Part shown: positions 38,836 to 53,800 of the stretch, piece after piece
Position numbering within the stretch: position 1 is the first letter of the stretch
Layout: each line of letters starts with the position of its first letter
From: Geosiphon pyriformis uo1
Lineage: Eukaryota; Fungi; Glomeromycota
Length of the DNA stretch: 64,000 nucleotides
NCBI GenBank assembly: GCA_016748015.1
Contig: JAAOMT010000030.1
Location: 13,796 to 77,795, forward strand
Direction: 5' to 3'
Notes under the pieces: model-generated
Databases searched by the model: none
What the model was told of the DNA's origin: nothing
What the model saw: the letters and a program-made list of their open reading frames with translations, nothing else
Position numbers and translations under genes: made by a program

Positions 38836-41800
38836 TTTGATACTCTCCTACAGAAATAATACAGTAATAACAACTTCAAAGTAACAACCACACCAGACAC
38901 AACAACTCTAGAGTATTATCAGTCAATTTACACCCATTGCAAGCAGAAATTTAACATCCCAGATGGAATTGAAATTGTTAAAAAAACACTTTACCAATAT
39001 ATTGAAAACTGTATCAACAATTATCTTCTTGGAGATTACAACATTTCAGAAGTTAGAAGCAACCTTTACAATAATTTAGTGCACTATTTACAGTTGAAAA
39101 CTAAAGACCTTAACAGTGAAACACTTGTCACTTACTTCCAAAAACTTAATTTTAATATTATTAAGTATTGTGAAGAAACATATTTAGTACAGTCTAAATA
39201 CTTCCTTGACTTTAAATTAGAAACTGAAACAAGCAACAAAGACAAACAAAAAGTAAACCAATACTCAAAAACCACTCCAAACACTCCAATACTACCAAAG
39301 ACAATTGCCAAATACTTGCAAACACTTGAACAAAGAACCAGTGTCAAATTACTACTTTCTATTATACCATTTCTAATTTCACTTGCTCAATCACAAACAC
39401 CAAATTCATCACTTAACTGTTTTTTCAGACCAAAAGATTTTCAGTCACTTAGAAATCTTACTCAATAGCAGAAACTCATATCAATAAGCACCAATATTAT
39501 TGATTACTTACAAGAAAATGAAAGTAATAATTCAGAAAACTTGGAAAGTGAAAAAACTGAATCAAAACAAGAAGAAACCACAGAAAATAAAAAAGAAATA
39601 GCAGCTGCTTATATTGCAAAGATTCCAGAATTCACTGGTAAAGACAATGATACCAGTTCTCAAGAATGGCTTAACAAAATTCAAAAAGCAGGAAATACAA
39701 ATAGTTGGAATGCAGCAAAAATGCTCAAAGCAATCTTATACTTTCTCCAAGAAACCACAGGAGAATAGTTTGAAAACTTAAAAAAATTATTTGGAAACTG
39801 GCAAGCATTTAAAAATGCTTTCTTACAACAATTCACTGACAACAACATCTCTATTACTCTCCACAATCACTTTCACAATATCAAACAAAAAACATCTGAA
39901 ACTATCATAACCTATCTTGAAAAATTCAATAAACTTCTTAGACGAATTCAACAATTAGAAACCAATGACTACTATTCCGATGCCCAGATTCTAGATTAGT
40001 TTATAGCAGGATTAAAAAACAAACTCATTAAAAAAGTTTGTCCACATGCTCCAGAAGACCTAACTACTGCTATTAGACATGTAAAGAACTATGAAATGGC
40101 AATAGAAGAAGCAAACCATACCAAACTTGTCAACTTAACTATTGGAAAAACCAGCTCAACAGCTAAAAAAAAAATAAACCAACTTACAAAAAAGATTGAA
40201 AACTACTTTACAAACCAACAACAACAGCAGCAACAACTACAAAGATATTAACCACTATAACAATACAACCAAAACAATTTTGGATCATCATTCAACAACC
40301 AACTTCAAAATTATTATTATTCTAGAATCTTAGAACACTAGAAACAAGATTGCAAGAAATTACAAAGAGACCAACAAAACAGGAGTAATTAGCATTACTC
40401 TTCACCACAACAATTTTATTATCAATCCCTACCACCAACTTATTACTTACTAAGACCACAAAATCAAAACAATTACTATTAACCAGTTTCACAACTAATG
40501 CAGCAACAATATTAGCAATCTTTACCAATTCAGCAATATTAAACATTATTCACTCAATAATATCAAGTACCAGCCAGAAAATTGGTCCAACAAAACCAAT
40601 TTACACCACAAAACCGTTTTTTAACAAACCACAACAGATTTAACCCCAATAATTAACTAGTTCTCCGAAATTCTGTTCAACAAAAATCCACTCAGTTTTA
40701 CACTCAACCCAGTTATTTAATTATACAAGAAATTCGGATTTTTAACAAACTGCACTTTCTGAAGGTAAAGTTGCAGCACCAAGATCAAATTCTTCCAACA
40801 ATACTATTCCACCAGCCCAAATTGTCCAAAATGCCAACCTGTCAGATATATTCCCATTCGAATTTGAAACAAATAAATCACTATTTTTGCTTAGCAATGC
40901 AGCAGTTAATGAGCAAAAAGCTATTACTGCCATGTACATTAAAGCTACAATAAAAAGAAAGCCCATTCAATTAATTTTAGACAGTAGATCTACTGGAAGT
41001 ATCATTACCTACCAATTAATACAACAACTCAATCAAAATGTTAACAGACCAATCCAAACAGTAATTGTTACAGCAGATGGTATGAAAAAGACACTAGTAA
41101 GAGAAATTAACAACTTCCTATTTACCATTGATGGAATTATCATTCCAGTCAAAGTTCTAGTCATGGATGCACTCCAATACTAAGCTCTTGTTGGAAATGA
41201 TTAGCTTTTTAAGGCCAATGCAAACTTAAACTGGGAAACTCAAGAACTAAAAATCTCATACCAAAGACAATACATTATAGTACTTGCTACTTGTGATATT
41301 TTCAACAAATGATCAGAAAAAGCCCTAGTATTCGAATTTGAGGAGAAGAAAAAAATGCCACTCACTGAAATCTACATGGCTCTTGGATCAACATCTAATT
41401 GGGCTGAGGAAACAGAACAAAAAATTTTTGAAAAAACAAGAAGATGAAAGAAGGTTCAATATTTCACATCAGAACCATGAAAATAACCACCATACATTCT
41501 ACTAAAATACAAAGATTGCAAAAAGAAGCTTTCATCTATGGGAGCCTGTATTTTCCTAAAAAAGAAGTATGAAACTTGCACCTGCTATTTCTGTAAAGCA
41601 TGCCATAAAAAACAATTTGAATTCCCAAAAAGAAGTAGAAAATGGGACAACACATCTTGTCTTATATATGGAGATATATTACTTGAAGAATGCAACTGGA
41701 TTAATGTTGCAATAAGAGGAGAAGTATGTGATCAAACCTGTCAATATGTCTTATCAATTTTGGAAAAAGTGAAAAGAAAAACCCTATTCAATACAGCATA

Positions 41801-44800
41801 CAACAGTGTTTTCAACAAACTGTATTACTATCCTCATAATACTGAAATGATTTTTGACTTAGCAATGACATTAATCAATAGAGCCACCCAAGAAGATGTT
41901 TGCCAAATAAAAAAAGCTGAATACATTGAGTATACTATAGAATTAGCTGGATTTGATTATAAAGATGAAGTAGAAACTTATTACCAAATTGTAAGTTATA
42001 CATACTCAACAAAAGAAGCTCAAATTCAATGATTAGAGCAAATAAACATTCAATTATATGAAGAATGTGTTATGCCTTATGATGACCAATAGTGTTTAGA
42101 ATGCTATGCTCTTAGCATTCCCTTGCCAAATGAGAATAATGAAAATGAAATTGAATTTGAAGTATCTGAACTGGTAGAAAAACTACCAATCACTCCCATC
42201 TATCTTTTTGAAAATCAATTACCTCTACAACTTAAATATTTTGACAATTATGGCCAAGGAATCAGACCAGAAAAAGCACACAAGATTAATGCTGGATATG
42301 ATCTAAGATATTCAAGAAAAGATACTTTGGTTCTCCAACCAAAGTTCTTAACAAAAATTAATCTCAAAATTGTTCTTGAAATTCTACCTGGAGCAATGGT
42401 TCAAATTGCATCCAGATTATCATTGGCAAGCAAAGAAATCAATATTAGAGAAGAAGTTATAGATGCAGAATACACTAGAGACATTACTATCATACTACAA
42501 AATAAAACTGAAAAAACATTCAAAATTGAGCATGCAGAAAAAATTGCCCAAGCAATTTACTTACCCTTAATCAACATTTCGAGTTTACAATCAGTTAACA
42601 ACAGAGAACAATTGAGAAAAAGTAAAAGAGGAATGCAAGGTTTTGGTTCAACTGAACAATTTACAGTTCTAGTAAACATAGTTCTTAAAATACAAAATGA
42701 ATCTTACCAGATTTTTCAACTTCCTTAACCAATTACTATTTCACTTTTTGGTGAACATCATGAAATTTACACTTGCTCAAAATTTATCACTACTCAACAA
42801 ATCTTTGAATCCAATGAACAAATCTGTTAAAACATGAAATCTCAATCCCAAATATTTATATTCCCAAAGGAATGAAAAAATTTTGAGTTATATTTTACAA
42901 TTTCAATAATTATTTTATTGTCTTATTAAATAAATTAGAGATTGAAATTATACACAATAATATTTTCTAAGATGAAAACTCTCAAATTGTCTCTAATTTC
43001 ATCGAAATTATAAGACATATTCTACTTCTTAACCCTAATATTATTCCTACTACTGAGAATTACTACTTTTTGGAAGAAAAACTTTCTTGAATCAACATGA
43101 GTCCCTTAGAACCTTAACAACAAAGACAATTAAAACAGCTAATAGCTGAATTTGTAGAGATATTTGCAAAAAACAACAATGACCTTAGAAAAACTGATAT
43201 TGTTCAACACCAAATTCATATAAGAGATGCTCCACCAAAACAACAACAAGCTTATCAAGTACCACCTGCCAGCCACCAATTTATTAGGGAAGAAGTTCAG
43301 AGAATACTCAATAACTGATTGATTCAACCATCAAAAAGTCCATAGGCCTCATCAATAGTTTTTGTCAAAAAGAAAAATGGAAAAATCAGATTTTGTGTTG
43401 ACTACTGACAATTGAATAGTGTCACAATTGGAGATGCCTATCTTTTTCCAAAAATATATGACATGTTAGATGCTTTAGAAAAAGCCGAGTTTTTTTCAAC
43501 TTTAGACTTAGAAAGTGGATACTGACAAGTCGAAATAGACCCAAATAATAGACCCAAAACAGCATTTACTATCCAAATAGGAAACTATGAGTTCAATATT
43601 ATGTCTTTTGAATTCTACAATACACCAACAACATTTCAATAATTTATAGATGTTATATATAAAAAACTCTTGTAGCAATCAGTAGTTGTCTATCTTAATG
43701 ACACTAATGTATACTTCCCAAGCTTTAGAGCTCATCTTATCCATCTGCAAGAAGTTTTTCAACGATTATAAAAAGCAGAATTGAAGTTAAACATCAAGAA
43801 ATATCACTTTGGAAAGACAAGCTTAAATTTTCTTGGACATATTGTTAGCAAAGATGGAGTTAAACCAAACTCTAAAACAATCAGTGCTGTCAAAAACTTT
43901 CAAACTTCCAAAAATACCACAGAATTATTAAAATTTGTAGGATTAGCCTCTTACTATTGAAAATTCATAAAAGGATTCTCAGAAATTGCCAAACCACTCA
44001 ATTATTTTACTAACAAAAATGTATCATACCAATGAAATAAGAAACAACAAAAAGCTTTTGAAACTCTCAAGACAAAATTAACAACAGTTCCAGTTCTTGC
44101 TTATCCAAACTTCAACAAACAATTTCAACTAGCCACTAATGCTTCACACATAGCATTTGGTGCTATCTTATCACAATTGAATGAAAATGGCCAGGAATAA
44201 ATCATTGCCTATGCTAATAGAACACTCAAATCAACAGAACTCAAATATGGCTTAACTGAATTAGAAGCTGCCACAGTTATTTGGGCTTTTAAACATTTTC
44301 AACAATACTTGAAGAATAGAAAAAAATTTGACATCATAATTGACAATATTGGTCTCAAATGGCTCAATAAAAAGAAAACTAAACAAAGTGCCAAATAGTC
44401 TCGATGAAATGATTTCCTAGCAGACTACAAATATATTGTACACCACAAATCAAGAAAACTACACACCAATGTTGATAGTCTCTCAAGAATAAGACAAAAT
44501 TAACACTGCTTACAATTCCACCACAACTTATTACTACCAACAAAACAACAAAACAATAATAGATCTCAGAAATTACAACAATCTTAAAAACTATTTGAAA
44601 ACTCTTACCATACCAGAAAATTGGTTTCCAAGTGAAAAACATCAATTACAACACCAATCTAAACAATATTTTATATATCACAACAAAATTTATTACAAAA
44701 ACTGTAGAAATTCAAACCAATTACTCAAATTAGTACAGAAAAATAAAAAAAAAACAATTCTATACAACATGCACACAGATCTTTCTTCAGCACACTTAGG

Positions 44801-46786
44801 AAGAGATGGAACAATTTAAAAAACTCTTAAATATTACTTTTGGTCTCACATGCAAAAAGATATTAGACAATATATAGAATTTTGTAATAGTTGTCAAAGA
44901 AGAAAAGAAACTTGTCTCACAGAACCTTTAAATCCAATCAAAGTTGGACAACTTTTTGACAGAGTTGGAATTGATTTAGTCGAATTATTACCTATTACAA
45001 CTTAAGGAAATTGTTATATTGTAGTGACAATAAATTATCTCACTAAATAGTCTGAAGCTAAAGCCATCCAAAGAGCTGATGCAAAATCAGTAGCAAATTT
45101 TATTTATAAAAACATTATTTGTAGACATGGATGCCCAATTAAACTTTTATTTAATCAAGAAACACATTTTGTGAACAACTTGATACAAAAAATTTGTGAA
45201 CAATTCAATATTAAAAGACTCTTATTATCATCTTATCACCCTAAACAAATGAACTTGTAGAACGTTTTAACAGAACATTGTGTAAATTATTAGCCAAAAT
45301 TTCAACAGATTTTGAGCAAGAATGAGATATTTTTATTCCATTAGTGTTACTAGCATACAGAACACTAAAACAAGATATTACAAAACACACACTATTTGAT
45401 CTTACTTATAGAAAGATGGCAATATTGCCAATTAATTTCATAGTAAAAACATATCTAGTACAACCAATTAATAAAAAAATTTTTCAAGAAACACTTCAAA
45501 GAAGAGCTTACACTCTTTTTAGTACATTGAAAAGAAAGAGACACATAGCAGCCACTTATATTGAATATTCTTAAGCCTTATAAAAAGAAAGACATAACAA
45601 CAAACTGCTACCAGTTACCAACAAATTTAAAGTTGAAAATAAAGTTCTCTTATACAGAACTACGACTGAAAAACAATGGAGTGGAAAATTTGAACATAAA
45701 TAAGATGAACCATTTTATATTCACGAAATTTTAGACAATAGATTATACAAGTTAAGACTTGATAACAAAGTATTGGCAAAGGTTGCACATAGAAATAAAT
45801 TGAAACACTATTATTTCAGAAACAATTCTAAACCATTAATTCCACAAATTAGCATACATTCTCCTTTAATTAATCTGGAAGATATTTCCCAAAATTTAGA
45901 ACCAATAATTATAATAAAACAACAACCAAACTAGAACACTTAGTTTAACATATTTTTACAATAATTTTTTTAATAACACACAAAACAGAAAAATAGTAAA
46001 TAATTATAAGAAACACTCAAACTCAAAAACAAATAAAAACTCTACCCAAAAATAATTTTCTTTATTTTTTTTTTCAAATTTAATTAGTCATTTTTATCAT
46101 AATTATTTTTCGAAATATCCAACAAATATTCCAAAAATTAATGTTAGCTTTGAAAACACTTTTTGACATATCTATAATGATTAATAGAAGTCAAATTAAT
46201 TATATTTAGAAAGAAACTACAGCCCCAATAGTAAATAATTCTCAGAATTATCACTTCTATAGAAGAAAAACAAGAGGTTATTCTGGAATTCAATTACCAG
46301 AACTTCTGAAGCAAGCACTAAAAAAAAACCTTTTATATGTTCCTATTAATATTTTACCAAATGCCATAGTTCAACAAAAACTTCTACTATTTCTCAATAA
46401 ACAGAACAATAAACATACTCTTATATATAGATATTTCTATATTAGAAAAACACTTTATAAATGAAAACTGAAACTTAAAACAACCAACATTACTCCTAAG
46501 ACTATACAAAAACAAATTCACAATGAATTCAAGATAACAGCTAGATCAACAAACACTTGCTACAAACTTAGAGCAGCAGTTAAACTCTATGAGTTATTCA
46601 CCACTTGTGAAAACGTCCTACAAAATTTAATATTTCATTCAATAAAAATTCAATACATTGGAAAGCTTACAGAACTAAAATTTCAACAATTTTCAAACCA
46701 GATTATTTTAATTATCTTGGATCACTATCTTAATATTACAAATAGTGCTTGGATTTTGATGAAGTTCAGTCTTAAGAAGGAAATTA

Positions 46787-46881
46787 TGTTACCAATAGAA
46801 TTTTAGCTATTAAATAGCATAAAATTATCTTTATAATTCTTATTATTAAATAGCATATATTATTATTATTTCAATTATTAC
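46787..46881 (+). repeat. G3 3' LTR, first part
   Basis: Follows PPT aagaaggaaatta and matches 37864-37958. Confidence 0.9.
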
Positions 46882-47800
46882 TGTTATTTGAATAGAAAAA
46901 CCAAAAAGCTATAAAAAAACATAACAAAGAAATGTGACAAGAAAAATGTAGTACAACTCAAAATAACATAAGACAAATGTGAACAATAGTTAGCAATAAT
47001 GAACAATAGCTAGCAATAACAAAACAATAGCTAGCAATAGTGAAGCAATTGAAAACAATTCTATAAAACCAAAAAAATGTATAAAAGCAAGTAGGTATAA
47101 AAGTTAAAAAAGACAGTTAGTTAGTAATTAATTTTTACTTTGTATCCTATCTATCATATATTTATAGTCCGAAATATAAAAATTATCAAAAAAACCACAA
47201 AATTCAATTTACCAATTTATGTTCTTCAATCTTACAGATTTTAATTGAAATTGAAATCAGTATTTCTTATCTTGTTCTGAAACAGATGCCATTAGCATAA
47301 ATGTCTTGAATCTTTAATGATTTGAACCAATTGCTCTTGATCATGGCAATTGACAAGAACTAATTCTTTTATTTTTTTATTATTTTTTATTATTATTTTT
47401 TTATTATTATTTTTTTGTTTGGAGTGGCAACATAGGAAAATTAACTGTCTTAGAATAGACTTCATGATAGTCTGGTAAAAGAGAGAAGCTTCCTCTAAGT
47501 TTTGGATATTAATATTATCTTGGTAGCTTACTAGAAAGGCAAAAAGACAACACCAAATCTTAATAACTGTGTGCATTAGCACAGAGAAGAAAGCTCATAT
47601 TTACAGAAAACGTTGCAATCAACAAAAAACAAACTCTGTGTCTTATAACCAAAGAACTCAAAGGGTAAATTCACATCCAGGAATAGACCTTCAAAAACTG
47701 ATAATACTAATACTTTGAAAAGAGCAGACAGTCTTAAAAAATAACCTAAAAGTAGAGCACCAAATGTTATTACTATACCCTAACAAGTTTATCTGTAATA
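46882..47800 (+). repeat. G4 5' LTR
   Basis: TGTTA..TAATA; repeat of 54065-54973. Confidence 0.92.
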
Positions 47801-50800
47801 TTTGGTGCTCCCTGTAAGATTATAAATCCACAGAGACAGAGCACTTCAGAGATACACAAAAGTGACAACTATTAGAACAATAAGAAAAGACTACTCCTTA
47901 TATAAAAAAACATTATTTCAATACTTTTGAAAAGATTTAGGAATACCAGCAGAAACCACTATCACAGAAAGTGATTTTTGTAATTATATCAATGCAAAAA
48001 TCAACTGTTTATTAGGCCGCGCAACTGATACAGAAAGACTTAAAGAACAAATCCATCAAAGCTTACTAAAATACTTAAAAACTACTACTACTCGAGCAAT
48101 TACTGAAACTTTATACATAGTTGATATGGATATTAAACACTATGTGACAAAATGATTCTCTCAAGTACAACAACCAGTAGAATCCAATCTGGAGGAATAT
48201 GAATATGGATCCAATAATCACACAACTGCTTAAGACAAGTCCATAGTTAACAAGAAACCAAGATTTCTCTCCCCAACAATTCCATCATATTATCAGACAC
48301 CTTAAAGTAAAATTGTATTCAATCTACTCCTGGAAATCCAGTCAGAAACACCACAAACTTCTGGAAATTCACACCCTTGAAGTCAACACAATTGGACCAA
48401 ATCACTAAAAGAATATAAATTACTGTTTGGAAATCTTACTTCAACAGCCAGTCAAACAGAAAGAAACACATCAACTTAGAAACAACCACTAGCACAAAAC
48501 CCAGCAGAATTAGCATTTTCCTTAACAGAAGAAACAGCTATCTTACAACCTATTGGTTCAAGTGACAAAAGGAAACAACCAGCATTAGCACCTAAAGAAC
48601 ACTTGAAAACATAGACACCAATTCCCTTAAACATAACTAGTAACACCCCACCCATCAACTGAATTATGGCTTACCAAGATATTACTAAGTTACAAAAATT
48701 CTCAGGAAAAGAAGACAATGCATATTTGTGGATTGTGAAAGCTGAGAAAACAATTACCACCAATAACTGAAATGATAACAGAGCTATTTAAGTGCTGCCA
48801 TTCTTTCTAACCGGAACTGCAGACTTGTAGTATCAAAGTCTTGCAAAAAAACCAACTGACTTTAACATTTTTAAGCTTGCTTTTCTATAATATTTTTGCA
48901 ACCCCAATACTTTAATCTGATTACAGAATCAATTCAGCATAATTAAACAAAAAGATCATAAAGCAGTAACTACTTATCTTGAATGATTCAATCAAATCTT
49001 TCATCAAATATTAGCTATTGAAAGGGACTACTATACTGTGATGCAAGTTCTTAATTAATTCATTAAAAGATTGCAAAGTAGTATTCTAAGATCCATAAGA
49101 TCACATCATCTAACCAATTTACAAGATGCTGTCACTTTTGCTTGCAATTTTGAGTTTGCAAAACAAGAAGTAAACCATACCCAAGCTGTTAATTTAGTCA
49201 TTAATAGAACCTTTAACATTGATGCAAAGATAACCCAATTAAGTAAGAAACTAACTTAGAAAATTGAGAGATTCTTAGCCAGAACCACAGAAACTTACCA
49301 ACCACTACAACAGAGAGAAAATAACAACAACAGCAGATATCTCTAGCAACAGAACTGTCAGCAACAGCAACAACCTTAGAGATCTGATCCTCATAACTGT
49401 TACTATTGCTAGAAATTTGGACATATTGCCCAGGACTGTAGAAAGAAGATAATAAACCAAAATCAAGGAAACCAATACTAGCAACCAAAATATTAGCAAA
49501 ACATGGTATCCCAATATTCCATATTTTAAAATCAACTGCCCCAGGACACATAACAAGTCTTGTACACTCAATCACTGTTCCAGAGTTATTATCAACTATT
49601 ACCAATAACACAAACAATCTCTCATTATTAAACTTTCCCTTACAGCCAGCCCAGACCTCAAGCTATAGACTATAATTAAGGATGGAAGAATTTCAACAAC
49701 AATTAGGCACAAACCAACAGTGAACTATCTCAACTAATCCCTTACAGTCTTGCCCAATTTCGACCAGCACCAACTGGATACTTGAATCAAGCTTTCTATC
49801 TCAGTCTTATAGAAAACCAGAGTTTTGATAAATCTACACCTATAGAAAAGAGGAATGTAAAACAAACCTCCAAACCTTCCAAGCAAACAAAAAGCAATAT
49901 TCTACCAGCCACTATTACTGAGGACACTACCCTAGCCATCATATTTCCTTTTAATATCAATAATTTAAACACCCATAGCCTTTTTAATAAAGCAGTTATC
50001 AATCAGAATAAACCAATAATGGCCCTATATACCAATGCCAGAGTTGGAGGAATAAACATTAAATTAATCTTAGATAGCAGATTAGCCAGTAGCATAATTA
50101 CGAAGCAGCTCATAGACCAACTAGGTTGCCAAGTAGACCATGCTGCTATTGTCTGGATCATTACAGCTAATGGAAACACAAAAACCCCAATAGGAAAAAT
50201 TGACAACTTCCTCTTCGAGATTAATAGAATCCAGATCTCTACCAAAGTATTTGTCATGGAAACTATTCAATATCAAGCTCTAATAGAAAATAATTGGTTG
50301 TCAAAAGCCAATGGTACTCTCGACTGGAACACCCAAGAACTTCAACTCATTTTCAATAGACAGCATGTTCAAGTCCCAGCTATGTGCAGCCCTTTTAAAA
50401 CCCAACATACCAAGGAATTCTTTATTGAATTTAAAGACATACCACTACCACTGACCATCAAGATCTATTAAGTTTCATGGACAGATAATTATTGAACTGA
50501 ACTACCCCCACCACCAACCTGGGAAGAAAAAAAAAAAGGCAGAGCCAAAGAAAAACCCCAATTGTCATCATTAGGATACATAATCTCAGACCAAAAAAAC
50601 TTATTTTACTAATTTCTAAGACTAATATGTGTTAATTGTGAAAAGAAATTATCTACTATAAATGCATATATTAGAAACAATGAAGAATGGCTCACTGCCA
50701 CCAAATACTAATGTAGATCTTGTATACTGAAAAAATTTGGAGGAAAGATATGATTCTGTGAAGATTACCAGAAATTAAATAGAATTACCCAAAGAGATAG

Positions 50801-53800
50801 CTATTTCACTCCTCTTATCCAAGAAATCCTAAACAACTTAGGAAAAAAAAATGGTTCTCATCACTAGATCTAGCCAGTAGATATTGACAAGTTAAAATAG
50901 ATCCAAAAGACAAAAAAAAAATAGCATTTACCACCCAAGACGGAAATTTTGAATTTAATGTAATGCTCTTTGAACTTTGCAATGTTTTCACCCTCTTCCA
51001 ATGTCTCATAGACATCGTATATAAGAGAATCCTATAAAAATCAGTCATAATTTATTTAAACAACACAAACATGTTCTCAGAAATGTTTGACAAACATTTG
51101 CTACACCTCCAACAAGTCTTTGAACATCTTTAAAATGCTGAACTAAAACTTAACCCCAACAAATACTTCTTTGGAAAAACCAAGCTGAAATTCTTAGAAC
51201 ACATAATTGGCAAAGACAAAGTCAAACTTGATCCAAACAAAATCCAGAAAGTCAAAGATTTTTGAGCCTCCATCAATCTTTGAGAATTACATGGATTTCT
51301 AGAATTAGCAGGATATTACTAACAGTTCATCAAAGATTTTTCAATCATTACAAAACCACTTCATTATTTGCTATCTAAGCATGTACTATACTGATAGAAG
51401 AAGGAACAACAGAAAACATTTGACTATCTTAAACAGTAGTTAATCACCTCTCTAGTATTGATCTATCCAGATTTCACCAAATGTTTCATTGTTGCTATGA
51501 ATGCCTTGAAAAATGCATTAGGAGCTGTCTTATTTCAGATTGGACCAGACAAAAAAAAACATCCAATTGCATATGCTAGCCATAGCACAAGTCTAGTGGA
51601 AAAGATATATAGTGCAACAGACTAGGAATGTTTTGCCATTTATTGGGCTGTACAAATCTGGAAACATTACCTGAGCCAATTATTTGACCTATATACTAAT
51701 CATAAAAAATTAATCTGGCTACTCAATAATCCACAGCTGGAAAAAAAATATGCAAGATAGAATACTTATCTGCAATAATTCTTACTCAAAGTTCATTACA
51801 AAGAAAAATCCAAGAACACCAATATTGACAGTTTGTCAAGGATGTTACAAACCTAATCTCAGACTCATGGACACACTTACTTATCAGCAATTACATCAGT
51901 ACCTATTAACACTACATTTCAAGAAGATTTTATCTAAACAGGAACAAAATACTATGCAGAAACAAGTGTAAAATTACTTTATTCAAAATGACCAACTCTA
52001 TTGTTAAAAATAACAAAACTACACCACCCCACAACAGTTGATCAAGAATAATGAAAAAGAAGCTATATTATATAGTATGTATTTTGACCCAACTGCAGAA
52101 CACTTCAACAAAGACACAATTTTAGAAAGAACAACAAATCTATACTATTGACCTATGATATATAAGGATATCTTCGAATATGTTCTCAATTGTGACTCAT
52201 GCCAGTAAAGAAGAGGAGTCAAAGTAACAGAACCACTTCAACCCATTTCAGTTGGAAATTCATTTGATAGAATTGGGATTGATTTGGTTGGTTTTCTCTT
52301 GATTACATCTAAAGGAAATTATTATAATGCAGTAGCTGTAGACTACCTTACAAAATGACCAGAAGCCAGAGCAATCCAAGTAGCTGATGCCAAAACAATA
52401 GCTAAATTTGTACACCAAGATCTAATATGTAGACATAGATGCCCAAAAGAATTGTTATCAGACTAAGAAATACATTTTGTTAATACTATGTTAACTGAAT
52501 TGTGTTAACAATTTGGTATAAAACAACTTCTATTGTTATCATATTACTCACAAACAAATAAACTGGTAGAATAGTTTAACAGAAAATTATGTGAATCATT
52601 AGTAAAAATAAGTTGTGAAAACAAACAAGAATGGGACTTATTTATACTTTTTGTACTCTTTACATATCAAACATTAAAGCAAAATATGACACAGTTTACA
52701 CTATTTGAATTAGTTTATGGAAGAAAAACAATATTACTTATTGAATGAAAAATAGCATTCTACCCAACAAAAACTATTAACAAAAAAAATTTTGAAGCTA
52801 TCTTATGTTAAAAAACATACCAGCTAATAGAAATATTAGAAAACAATCGTAGAACAACAGCTGACAATATTAGCAATGCTCAAGAATAACAAAAAAAAAG
52901 ACATAATAATTGCCTACTCAAACAACCAATGGAATTTAAGATTAAAGACCAAGTACTGTTATATTATACAAAAGTGGAGAAACAATGGAGTAGAAAGTTT
53001 GACCCAAAGTGGGATGGCTTATTCCACATACATGAAGCTTTAAAAAATGGAGCTTACAAATTACAATTAAAAGATAAGATTTTAAAAAAAGTAGCTCATG
53101 GAAATCAATTAAAAATTTATCATGTGAAACAACAGTCATCATCATTAATACTTCAACTAGGAACACAAATTCTATTAATCAGACCAGAAGATATATTATG
53201 AAATCTGGAACCAATCATTGTTATCAAAACATAGACAACATATAGCAAATTAAATTGGGAAATTCAAGTATATATACCATTCAGAAAATGACAAAAAAAC
53301 AATAAAACCTTTTCAACATAAACCTTTTAGATCAAATTCTACAACTTTTAAAACAACTGTTTAATGCAATTCAATAATCTTCTGCTCAAATAGAAATTAC
53401 AATTGATAAAAAAAAGATATGATACAGAGATAGAAGCAAGAAAGGGGTGGACAAAAGTTCAACTAGAACTAAGCTGTTTCACTTTTACAAGCAAACCTCT
53501 CTCTATAAAAGAAAAAAAAAAGGATATGATGTAAATAGAACTTGACACAACTAAAAAGAAGAGGAAGGTAACAGAAATGGAACTGTGTTGGGTGAGAATT
53601 AAGGAAATAAAGAAGGATCTGAACAGACAAACACCAGAGCCAGTAACAGGAGAATAGACACCTGAAAATACAAAGAAATAGAAAAAAAAACTTCTACTCA
53701 TCTATTGGCTATTTAAAATTGGGTTACAATTAGAACTAAATAGCCTATACAAAAACCTCAACCATTAAATAATCAACAAAGAAGCCTGCAGACAAGTAGA

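Noticed and set aside
40728-40745. Gag-pol -1 slippery site (ggattttt) in G3
   Set aside because: No equivalent found in G1, G2 or G4, and decay makes the frames unreliable.
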